Below, piece by piece: positions 53,101-62,000 of a stretch of 64,000 bases of DNA (the first letter of the stretch is position 1; every line of letters starts with the position of its first letter). Source of the DNA: a virus. Taxonomy: Duplodnaviria > Caudoviricetes. The position numbers and the translations under genes were made by a program. The notes under the pieces are model-generated. The model was not told the DNA's origin and made no database searches. It worked only from the letters and a program-made list of their open reading frames with translations. The stretch lies in IMG/VR virus record IMGVR_UViG_3300028275_000007; one strand, given 5' to 3'.

Positions 53101-53580
53101 CCCGCCAACTACTGTTGGTGCAGATCCATTCCATTCTTGAATACCCCAAGTTGTTGCTTGAGTGTCAATCCACCATTGACCGTTTGTTGGGTTCGCTCCC
53201 GGGGCGTCTACTTGAGCCTCTAGTTCGTCTAAGTTAATATCAGCACGAACGATAAATGCCGCGTTGCTAACACCCAATAAACTATATGCTGCTAATAATC
53301 CGTATTCGTTTCTTTCTGAACCGTGTACAGGAGTCGAACTCGCTGTCTGTTCAAAGAAAGGAACACCGAAGAAATCTGTTAGATCTCTCTGACTGGTTAA
53401 TTTAAATGCCTTACCAGCATTGGCTTTTGTTGTTGCGGACGCGGTACCTGTTCCCGATCCGTTTGCTTTATCTTGCGCTGTAGCTACTACGATAAGAGGA
53501 GTAGTACCAGGTTCTGCTGGTGTATAAAAACTCTCGTCGATAACTGTAACCGCTACGCCCGGTGATTGTAATGTTGCCAT
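50122..53580 (-). CDS. gp18: tail sheath protein with large insertion (1152 aa)
   Basis: LQSPGVAVTVIDES; WFAPAGTRRG; DRINVARL; FEPND; DIAIEPVKAVEFI. Confidence 0.95.
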   Translation of the reverse strand: MATLQSPGVAVTVIDESFYTPAEPGTTPLIVVATAQDKANGSGTGTASATTKANAGKAFKLTSQRDLTDFFGVPFFEQTASSTPVHGSERNEYGLLAAYSLLGVSNAAFIVRADINLDELEAQVDAPGANPTNGQWWIDTQATTWGIQEWNGSAPTVVGGQKFTNKVPLVLTDADTAKISNNAPKTSVGAIGDYAVVFQTVTGDGSFGANEEFARVYFKSAGAPASTGGVDAVDAGQWVLVGSTDWKASWPVASGSAYSGSISGNLYVNNSLIAGGTVATIASNINAAAITGVSAQAINNRLYIYSNGTSAADGDAGDSTGADGAVKLENGTANWSTLGITAGTYLSPALQQTPHTSVPAFKISDNVGTVGGNPTGSVWIKTTEPNNGARWRVKRWSAGTLSWASYEAPIHTSTGAANYYLDRSGGGANISKDSLFVQSNATEAAGFDATPETAEFRVWKRNVSANAVTSITSAVIKDSTLAAGPYSFDLAESLKGQATLDTAVTINFSAAGNSEDADAIATAINAAGFTNIVASVTTVSSTSAKLVISHKLGGDFSLTDGTGSPIGGLFTPYSINTLSGTENLYEAQSAAGYDYLASGWMPLAASNPRFAASGDAPLNEPQDGQMWYNPNFSEVDVMVHNGATWVGYRHASAQYAESATSTRIGYAPLVSASNPYQAGSTQTGDLWISTADMENFPTIYRFNNNLTDIADVSQRWELVDKTDQTTEEGILFADARWNTTGTTNAMSTIEDLLQNNFLDPDAPDPALYPKGMLLWNLRRSGGNVKKYMNGYIDTASDNPRTSTATLAGSAFVSGSGLSMEAYWTDRWVTASGNNEDGSGTFGRHAQRKVVTQALKSVVDTSSEIRDTERRNFNLIACPGYPELMSNLVNLNIDRGITAFVIGDTPLRLAADATSLTTWGTNANLVTDNGDDGIVTYDEYLATYYPNGYTTDLSGAGAVVPASHMMLKTIALSDNVSYPWFAPAGTRRGGITNATAVGYIDAMTGEFQTVALNEGQRDTLYDLKINPIPFFNGVGLVAYGQKTRARNASALDRINVARLVVYLRSQLNKLARPYIFEPNDKITRDEIKQAAESLLLELVGLRAIYDFAVVCDESNNTPSRIDRNELYVDIAIEPVKAVEFIYIPLRVKNTGEI

Positions 53581-53685
53581 TCCCTATTTCTCCTGGTAAT
53601 AGTTGCTCATAATATTTAGCGTACTATTATAAAAATGGGTAGTTATACAACCTGAAAAAGGGGAAGAAAAGGTGTAAATATTGAT

Positions 53686-54024
53686 ATGAGACCACTTTGT
53701 AAGGCCTGTAATGAACGGCCTAGAGCATTAAATTATTATAAAGGTAAAAAACCTTATTATAGAACGCTCTGCGAAGCGTGTCTAGCTCACGGACCTAAGG
53801 CACATATACCACGTTGGAAACGTTCTGGTTATAAAATAAAGTCACAATGTGAAAAGTGCGGACATCGTAGCCCGCACATGGAGGTATTTAGGGTATTTCA
53901 CATAGACGGCAATTTAGACAACTGCCGCCCTAGTAACTTAAAAACAATCTGTGCCAATTGTGCTCAGGTGCTTCACAAGGAGGGCATCACTTGGCGTCAA
54001 GGGGACTTGGTCGCTGACTATTGA
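53686..54024 (+). CDS. small HNH endonuclease-like zinc-finger protein
   Basis: CKAC, CEAC, CEKC; HIDGNLDNCRPSNLKTICANC; TAAATA-N5-ATG. Confidence 0.75.
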   Translation: MRPLCKACNERPRALNYYKGKKPYYRTLCEACLAHGPKAHIPRWKRSGYKIKSQCEKCGHRSPHMEVFRVFHIDGNLDNCRPSNLKTICANCAQVLHKEGITWRQGDLVADY

Positions 54025-54624
54025 TCTTGCCTGTTGATACAGATTATCGATAGTGCTGTTATTATCTACGACGTGATCAAATTCAGTTCCTACCCAAGCA
54101 GTTTCACTAGCGTGAATTTTTCGCATCTTTAATTCTTGAACAGCCCAATTATGTCCTTGATTTGCGGCCACTGCTACATCGTACCAATCCGGTAACTCTC
54201 CTCGCTGTACCCATACAATCTGTCCACCAGCTTTACGGATGCTTTCAATTTCATTAGGAAACCGGCAATCTGAAATAACAACATTGTCTTTGGAATTACG
54301 AAGTTTATTTTCTAGGCTAGCAATCCAAATGTCATCGTGGAAGCCTTTGCGGCATACTTCTGTGCCCCAATACTGTAGAACCCAACGAGGTGTGAGCGTG
54401 GGCATATCTAAACGTTCTGCCCACCACGGATCGACTTGTTCGCGCCACTCCCGGGCTTCTTTAGTTCGCCCTTCTAGCATCGTCCTGTCCCAGCCAAACA
54501 CAGAACTTACTGCGTCTTTTAGTGTATTAGCAAAAGACTCTCTTCTAAACTCGTGAAAATTAACTAGATAGTCAGCAATTGTATCCTTGCCTGACCCGAT
54601 AAACCCACAAATACCTATAATCAT
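53938..54624 (-). CDS. gp1: deoxynucleoside monophosphate kinase (gp1-like)
   Basis: IIGICGFIGSGKDT; FANTLKD; PRWVLQYWGTE; ISDCRFPNE; HASE. Confidence 0.9.
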   Translation of the reverse strand: MIIGICGFIGSGKDTIADYLVNFHEFRRESFANTLKDAVSSVFGWDRTMLEGRTKEAREWREQVDPWWAERLDMPTLTPRWVLQYWGTEVCRKGFHDDIWIASLENKLRNSKDNVVISDCRFPNEIESIRKAGGQIVWVQRGELPDWYDVAVAANQGHNWAVQELKMRKIHASETAWVGTEFDHVVDNNSTIDNLYQQARSIVSDQVPLTPSDALLVKHLSTIGTDCF

Positions 54625-54644
54625 AATAGCCTCCAATTAAGACT

Positions 54645-54673
54645 ATTATACTATACTAAAATATTAAGGTCAA
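54645..54673 (-). promoter_or_regulatory. sigma70 promoter of dNMP kinase
   Basis: TTGACC-N17-TATAAT; GGAGG RBS. Confidence 0.8.
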
Positions 54674-55428
54674 CCTATAATCCAACCATAGCCCATACCG
54701 CCTGGTACAAGTTTCATCAAATCATCAATGAGCTTGTCCATTTCGGCTTGAGCTTCAGTTTTAAGTGCTGCGCCGTTTAGGCTAGAACCGCCCTGTGGGC
54801 CTGCGATTTGAGCAAACTTCTCGCGGGCTTGACCTAGCATCATCTTGCAGTTTGCCAGTGCATAATCCTTAACCCATTGTCCTGAATAGATATCGTCGAT
54901 AATAGCAAAGTCAGGTTTACTGTTATAAACCATAAGCATTACACTTTCTTCGCCTCGTGGTCTTTGCTGAATAATGAGTTTGTGACTCTGTGGATGCCAA
55001 GTAAAGTTAATAAAACTACCAAACATTTTACCAACTAATTCTTGATACTGTGCAAATAATTCATATGTTAGCAATCCTCCCATATTTGTAGAGCTTAACA
55101 AATATGTGTTTGTGTATGCTAAATTGAATGGTTCAAAAACTGTTCCGCCCGTGCCGTTACCAGTCCTTGATCCAACACTTCGTCTAAAAATTTGACGGAC
55201 TTGTTGTATTTCTTTTGGTAAAATATATTCGTTTTGATCTTGTACCAGTGTTAAAAACACGTAAGATTCCTCTACAGCATTATCGCTTCTTTGCCTAAAA
55301 ACTGCAAGGGCTCTATTTAGAGCTGTTTCGTAGTGAGTTGGATCTAACTCAACATCAATCATACCGTCACCTAGCATAGTGCGGCAATAATTATAAACGC
55401 TTTGGCGGGATTCGTCGTTTGTACTCAT
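54670..55428 (-). CDS. gp13: neck protein gp13
   Basis: LGDGMIDVELD; WVKDYALA..K..LG..R.KF...GP.G...LNG. Confidence 0.85.
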   Translation of the reverse strand: MSTNDESRQSVYNYCRTMLGDGMIDVELDPTHYETALNRALAVFRQRSDNAVEESYVFLTLVQDQNEYILPKEIQQVRQIFRRSVGSRTGNGTGGTVFEPFNLAYTNTYLLSSTNMGGLLTYELFAQYQELVGKMFGSFINFTWHPQSHKLIIQQRPRGEESVMLMVYNSKPDFAIIDDIYSGQWVKDYALANCKMMLGQAREKFAQIAGPQGGSSLNGAALKTEAQAEMDKLIDDLMKLVPGGMGYGWIIG

Positions 55429-55433
55429 AATAC

Positions 55434-55454
55434 TATTTATCGTAGCGGTAAATA
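55434..55454. promoter_or_regulatory. back-to-back late promoters for gp13 (minus) and gp14 (plus)
   Basis: TAAATA minus at 55434-55439; TAAATA plus at 55449-55454. Confidence 0.75.
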
Positions 55455-55455
55455 T

Positions 55456-56856
55456 ATGACTATGCCAAGACTTTCGTTATATCGCCCGCAAAAGGGCAAC
55501 GACTATAAATTCATCGATAAAACCGTATGGGAAATGTTCCAGGTTGGGGGTACAGATGTATGTGTACACAGGTACCTAGGACCAGATATTTCTGTCCAAG
55601 GAAACACTCCTAGCACTCCTGCTTACGACTCTGATAATCCTTTTCAAATACAGGATATGTTATTTTTAGAAAATCGCGATCGAAAATATGACCCAGATGT
55701 TTATGTATTGCGAGGTGTTTATAATATGCAAGACATTGACTTTAATCTAAGTCAATTCGGGCTCTTCTTGCAAAACGATACAATTTTTATTACATTTCAT
55801 ATCAACGATACAGTAGAAAAACTTGGCAGAAAAATTATTGCAGGAGATGTTATAGAGCTGCCTCATTTAAAAGATGAATATGCTCTTAATGATCTAAGTT
55901 TTGCATTGAAAAGATTTTATGTTGTTGAAGAAGTTAATCGCGCAGCAGAAGGATTTTCAGTAACTTGGTATCCCCATTTATATCGTGCAAAATGTAAACC
56001 ACTAGTTAATAGTCAAGAATATAAACAGATCCTTGACGGAATAGCCAACAGCGACGCTGATAAAGGTAATTACAATTCATCGATTACTTATTATCCTGGA
56101 GATATTATTACTGGCCCGGACGGTGTAAAGTATGAAGTAATAAAAGAAGTTACTGGTATTGATCCTCCTAATACTGAATATTATCAAATAGCAGGTACGT
56201 TAAGAGATTTAATGAGTACATACAATAAAGAAATGGAGATTACTCAAGCTATCCTTAATCAAGCTGAAGCCGATGCTCCAAAAAGTGGGTACGACACTTC
56301 TAAATTTTGGACTCTTCAAAGATCGGACGACGGTACTGCTTCTTTGATTACAGTAGACTCTGATCAAATTAATCAATATTCTGCCGACACTGATATTGTA
56401 ACGGATAAAAATGGAAATCCTATATTAGACGCTGAGGGCAATGAAGTATCTGCCGTTAACGCTGCTTCAACTTATCCGTCTGTAGATGGAAAAGGTTATG
56501 TAGGATATCTAACTAAAGATGGTATAGCACCTAATGGTGCTCCAGTCTCTGTAGGCTATTCTTTCCCGTACAATCCAGTTGAAGGTCAGTTTCATCTTAG
56601 AACAGATTATCTTCCTAACAGATTGTTTAGATTTAACGGAACACGCTGGATGAAATTTGAAGACAACGTTCGTATGACTATGGATAACCTAGGTGCTAGT
56701 GATGTTGTTACCAGTGCATTGTTTGAAGGTAAGGATGTTAGACAAACACAAAAAACATCGTTTATTAACAATACATCAGTTGCAAATATTGATGGACATA
56801 CAATCAAACAGAAACAAAGCCTATCTAAGGCTCTTAGACCACAGGCGGACGAATAA
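55456..56856 (+). CDS. gp14: neck protein gp14-like with C-terminal extension
   Basis: QFGLFLQND.IFITFH...LGRK...GDVIELP...YRAKCK; divergent from gp13. Confidence 0.75.
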   Translation: MTMPRLSLYRPQKGNDYKFIDKTVWEMFQVGGTDVCVHRYLGPDISVQGNTPSTPAYDSDNPFQIQDMLFLENRDRKYDPDVYVLRGVYNMQDIDFNLSQFGLFLQNDTIFITFHINDTVEKLGRKIIAGDVIELPHLKDEYALNDLSFALKRFYVVEEVNRAAEGFSVTWYPHLYRAKCKPLVNSQEYKQILDGIANSDADKGNYNSSITYYPGDIITGPDGVKYEVIKEVTGIDPPNTEYYQIAGTLRDLMSTYNKEMEITQAILNQAEADAPKSGYDTSKFWTLQRSDDGTASLITVDSDQINQYSADTDIVTDKNGNPILDAEGNEVSAVNAASTYPSVDGKGYVGYLTKDGIAPNGAPVSVGYSFPYNPVEGQFHLRTDYLPNRLFRFNGTRWMKFEDNVRMTMDNLGASDVVTSALFEGKDVRQTQKTSFINNTSVANIDGHTIKQKQSLSKALRPQADE

Positions 56857-58355
56857 TGGATTACTTTTACGACGGGCAAATAAGACGCTATGTAACACAG
56901 TTTATGCGTGTGTTTATTGGATTTAAATGGCAAGCTGGCGATGGAACTCAACAAACTGTACCTGTAATGTACGGGGATATGAGTAGACAAGTAGCAAATA
57001 TAATTAAAGAAAATAGCGAAAACAAAATGCCTTCAGTTCCAAAGATTGCCTGTTATATTACAGGGTTAGAAATGGATACTACAAGGTTATCTGACCCTAC
57101 GTTTGTTAGTAAAGTTCATATTAGAGAACGAAGATTTACAGATGCAGGTGGGACTAGAGAATATCAAAATACACAAGGCGGTAATTATACAGTAGAACGT
57201 CTAATGCCTACACCATTTAAATTAACAATGAAAGCAGATATATGGACTTCGAGTACTGATCAAAAATTGCAATTGTTAGAACAAATACTGGTTTTGTTTA
57301 ATCCGTCCCTTGAATTACAAACCACCGACAACTATATTGATTGGACTAGTTTAAGTGCGTTATATCTTACAACTCCTACTTGGACTTCACGATCTATTCC
57401 AGCAGGAGCCGAAAGTGAAATTGATATTTCATCATTAGAATTTGAAATGCCTATATGGTTAACTCCTCCTGCTAAGGTTAAGAAACTAGGCATTGTGCAG
57501 AGTGTCATATCTAATGTGTTTATGGACAGTGGCGATATTATTAACTTAGATGATTTAATATACAATCAAAGAATTGGAGCATTTGGTACTACTACTAATA
57601 GATATAGAGTATTATTGTTTAAATCTAATACAGGTAACTTAAATGATCATCAGTACGACCTAACTCTAGTTAATCCTACACACGCTGTACTGGCATTAGG
57701 ATTGGATCAAAAAGAATATGCTAATGGTGCGCCTTTAGAGTGGGCTAAAATTTTAGAAGTTCAGGGCGGATACATTCCAGGCAGTGATATTTGGTTTAAA
57801 AAGCCTGATGGATCAGAAATTCTAGGCACATTTGTTATTAATCCTTTAGATCCTACAATCTTAACAGTAACACTAGATCAAGATACATATCCTAGCAATG
57901 ATGATATAGCAAGTTCAATTCCTGGAGGAGAAACCAGAGGAACTGTAGATGCTATTATTGATCCTTACAAATTTAATCCGTTAGAAGTTTTTGGATCTTT
58001 AGAAAATATTCCTCTTGGTATTAGATATTTGATGTTAGACGATATTAATAACAGTACCAATAGAGGAGACTTTAATAGATTGTACGAAGGGTCTGATAGT
58101 TCTAAAGACCCGTATGACGGCCCAGATGGATGGAAAGATGTTCACGGTTCTGATCCAGTAGTTAAGGCTAATTCTGTAATAGAATGGGATGGAGAAACTT
58201 GGACAACAATTTGGGATCCAGATCTAGCATCTGAAAATTTCTATATTCAAAATATTCGAACCGGCGTTAAGTATAAGTGGGACGGAGTACAATGGCTCAA
58301 AGCATTTGAAGGTGAATACGGGCCAGGAGACTGGAACTTCAAACTTATCTCTTGA
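56856..58355 (+). CDS. gp15: tail sheath stabilizer/terminator gp15-like with C-terminal extension
   Basis: YFYDGQIRRY; VPVMYG; PTPF.L....DIW; QLLEQIL..FNP. Confidence 0.8.
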   Translation: MDYFYDGQIRRYVTQFMRVFIGFKWQAGDGTQQTVPVMYGDMSRQVANIIKENSENKMPSVPKIACYITGLEMDTTRLSDPTFVSKVHIRERRFTDAGGTREYQNTQGGNYTVERLMPTPFKLTMKADIWTSSTDQKLQLLEQILVLFNPSLELQTTDNYIDWTSLSALYLTTPTWTSRSIPAGAESEIDISSLEFEMPIWLTPPAKVKKLGIVQSVISNVFMDSGDIINLDDLIYNQRIGAFGTTTNRYRVLLFKSNTGNLNDHQYDLTLVNPTHAVLALGLDQKEYANGAPLEWAKILEVQGGYIPGSDIWFKKPDGSEILGTFVINPLDPTILTVTLDQDTYPSNDDIASSIPGGETRGTVDAIIDPYKFNPLEVFGSLENIPLGIRYLMLDDINNSTNRGDFNRLYEGSDSSKDPYDGPDGWKDVHGSDPVVKANSVIEWDGETWTTIWDPDLASENFYIQNIRTGVKYKWDGVQWLKAFEGEYGPGDWNFKLIS

Positions 58356-58366
58356 TAAGTAAAGGT

Positions 58367-58759
58367 ATGCAACAGCGTGCCGGATTACTTTTTCTATCAA
58401 AAATAACAGGTAGAATATTTCTATTATTGGAAGACTCAAAATGGACTGTTCCAACATTTTTGCGAACAGGTCCTCTTTTAGCTGATGCCAATCCATTATT
58501 AAACAGGTATAGCGAAGGTCGAGTACTTCCTATAGAACTTTATCTCAGCGAGGATAAAGGCTTCGAATACGGTACCTATGTCTGTGTTGTAGAAACAGAA
58601 TTTTTTGGATCCAATGAAGAAACAATATGCTGGTCCAACATAGATAATCTTCCAAAAAATTTACACACCGGTTTAAAAACTACATTAAATAATGGACTAA
58701 TACGAGCGAAAATTGAAACTATAATGGTGATAGAAAATGCTTCCAACATTACGAACTGA
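58367..58759 (+). CDS. degenerate Nudix-fold-like protein
   Basis: RAGLLF..K.TGRIFLL start and LHTGL end resemble Nudix; no intact Nudix box; TAAGTA-N5-ATG. Confidence 0.55.
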   Translation: MQQRAGLLFLSKITGRIFLLLEDSKWTVPTFLRTGPLLADANPLLNRYSEGRVLPIELYLSEDKGFEYGTYVCVVETEFFGSNEETICWSNIDNLPKNLHTGLKTTLNNGLIRAKIETIMVIENASNITN

Positions 58760-59042
58760 TAAAAGAATTTTAGAAGATTTTAAAAAATATCAAGACTCTA
58801 TTGATAGAATAACCAACGAACCGCTCAAAGAAGAATTGAGTAAGTTGCTTAAACGTCTTAAAGAGCAGGTAGGTCACATAGACCGAAATCACGAACAGCT
58901 GATAATTTCTGGAAGAATCCCAACAGAGATCAGCGAAATTAGATCTAACATAGCGTCAATTAAAAAATCATTGGATTTTAAAATTGACGCTTGGAATAGA
59001 TCTAATAACGTTATGCCTGCGCCTCTCCCCAACGTAAAATAA
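58737..59042 (+). CDS. hypothetical coiled-coil protein
   Basis: 101 aa helical ORF. Confidence 0.65.
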   Translation: MLPTLRTDKRILEDFKKYQDSIDRITNEPLKEELSKLLKRLKEQVGHIDRNHEQLIISGRIPTEISEIRSNIASIKKSLDFKIDAWNRSNNVMPAPLPNVK

Positions 59043-62000
59043 TACCGCCAGGTACTGCTGTACCTGTGGTCTTATAAATGTTAATGGCCAATACGTCGGG
59101 TCCATTTGGGAAAGCTCCTCTTCCACCAACCGCGGTTGTTGTCAGTTCTTTAAGTTCTGATAAGTCTAGTGCATTTAAACTACCAGGTTGACACAAGAAT
59201 GAAAATACCTGCTCTCCGGGAATAGCATACTGTGGATCACCAAACTGGAATGTAACCGTACCTGCTGCACTAATAGTTGCACTAGAAGTTTGAGTAAAAG
59301 TAACACGCTGTATAGTAGTTGAACCTAATCGTCTTGGGGACACAGCTGATACAGAAGTACCTGCTGGAAATTGTGTAAAACTAGTTGCTACACGAGTACC
59401 AACTGTTCCGCTCGATGCGTTCCAGGATGGACTTGTAAAGAACAAATAGTTGGTGCCTGCATACGAAGCTGCCGAACCAGCTGCGGTAATAGTTATTGTA
59501 ACGTTATTACCAGTTCCTGCTGGGCTAATAGAATTTCCGTTTGAACTCATAACAATTCTAGTATAAGACACTCCGCTAACTGTAGCGTATGATCTAGTAA
59601 TAGATGATATAGTTTGATTTACTGTAACGTAAGTACTTGCACTTAATATATCACTCGACTGCATATAAGATACATCGTAATCTGCGTTAGTTATTAAGAA
59701 ATCATTTCTTGTTGTTGAAACTGCACTGGCGTAGGCTGTAGAAATGCTGCTAGTAACTGTAACGTTTACATTAGTATTAAGTGTACTTGAATTATTAGCA
59801 GGGGCACTCATTATAATTCGAGTATATGCAGAACCTAAATATGCTCTTGTAATAGAAGTTATTGATTGTCCGCCAGTGATAAAATTAGGTGCTGCTGCTA
59901 ATGTATCACCAACCCTTAACGGTGTAGTTGTTAATAATGTATCATATTGTGTATTGGTAATATAAAAATCTGTTCTGCTGATGCTTAGAGCTATACCAGA
60001 AGTCTGCCCTGTTAGACCAGTTGGTTGAGCAATAGCAGCAATAGTGTTTTGTACAGTTGAAAAACTTCTAGCAGCGACTGTTGTAGTCAATGCTCCTTGA
60101 ACAGTAGCGGTAGTTGTATACGGTGCAACACCTCCCCAATTAATAGAACCACCAAGTGCAATTTGTGCAAAACTTGGTTGTCCGCCAGATGCACTTGATG
60201 ATAGTCCAGTCCAGGTAATCTTAGCAGGATCTGTAGGATAATTTTTAGGATTTAATACTCCTTCAACAACAATAGCTCCAGATCCTGAGTCGGCAGTAAT
60301 AGCAATCTGATTTAATAATAATTGTGCTCTATTTAGAAGGTCTCTTTCTCCAAGGTCTCCTACAATAGCATTTGATACCGATGGTGCTAGTCTAATAGCA
60401 AATGCAGTCTGTTTGGCTGTAGAAATACTCAGACCAGTTGCTGCATAGTTAAAGATATAGCCTCGATCACTGTCAAACATACCGTCGGTTAACAGAGCAG
60501 AACCCCAGTGACTAATAGTTGGTGTTGTTGTGCAACTAATTAACTGAACACCGGAATTGGCTGGGTGTGCCTGATTTGGCCCGCCACTCATTGTTCTGTT
60601 TACACCTGCAATAAATGTTAAGAACGAAGCAGCTCTGGTACAGCCAACCAATGAATTACCACTTTTACCAGAATATGAAATTACTTCATTGTCGATATAG
60701 ATTGTTCCAGAATTAGGAAATCTGCTGGCATCAGTTAGAGGTATTGTCTGAGCAGTTGATGTTATAGCGGCAGCTAATTTATTAACCGCTGATCTATTTT
60801 CAACTTCGTAACGCACAGGCAAGTTAGCAGTACGCATATATGCTTCTGTGTTTACGTTAGAGTTTCTCATTCTGTGTAAAAATATAAATTTACCATCTGA
60901 TCCTCTAAGCATAAATTCAGCAAAACCAGCAGCATACCAAGAGTATTGCATACCTAACATCTGCATACGCCAAGGTAAAATGTTATATCCGCTAGGACCT
61001 GTTCCGTCTAATCGATCTATATTCCATTCACTTTGAGGAATATATAAATCTTGCGTCACGCATAATTTTGCACCAGTTATAGTTGTGGCGCCTCGCCAAT
61101 CTGGTGATACAGTCATAGAAGTTTGGCTAGCGATAGATGTAACAATATGACTCATACCCCTCAATACAACTTTATCCCCAACTTTTAACTGATCCTGGAA
61201 TCTAGTACCGGTTCCAGTTATTAAGTTACTGTCTACACTAATCCCTACAGTTCCTGTTAATTGATTAGTACTTGATCTACGTACAACTGCCATTTCTCGA
61301 CCATCGTATTGATAAAATAGTCCATTCTGCTCATCAAATGCACCAATTCTAACAGTACTGCCGTGCCAGCGTTTCATAATAACCTTGGCTTCTGGGCCTA
61401 GTGATCCTGTTGTAGAACTTAGTACGGCACCTGCTCGAACACGGAATCTTCTTGCATCAATGATACTTTCTACAATATAATCGCCATTGTATTCAAAAGA
61501 TACCATTCCAATAATTTCAATTTCTGCGCCTGCTTGTAATCCATGATCTGTATCATCGCAGGTAAATGTAATTAAACTATTTTCTGTAGTACCGTCGGCA
61601 GTTGCACTTGATAAGTTATAACTTGGAGCAAATAGGCCGCCGGTGGTGTACATAATGCCTTTACCAGATTGGTAACGAATGTATTTTTTACTTTGACGAA
61701 TTGCCTGTGCACCGTGACTTGGATTACCAGTACCTAGCTGAACGCCGCCGTCAAATGGTCTATGAGTAAAATATGCATCAGGTCTTGCATATACAACACC
61801 TGCCAAAGGAACAGACGAAGTATCAATCGTTCCTGTAGTTCTTGCTGGTAGTCTTACAGAAGTTGGTGTTGGAACAGAAACAATAACGTGAGGTCCTGTG
61901 GCAATTTGATGGTTTGCTGAAGTTAACACAATACTCTGAGCCGTTGTTCCGTTGGCTGTTGAAACAAATATTCCTAAACCTTGGTAAGACAGATATGCCA

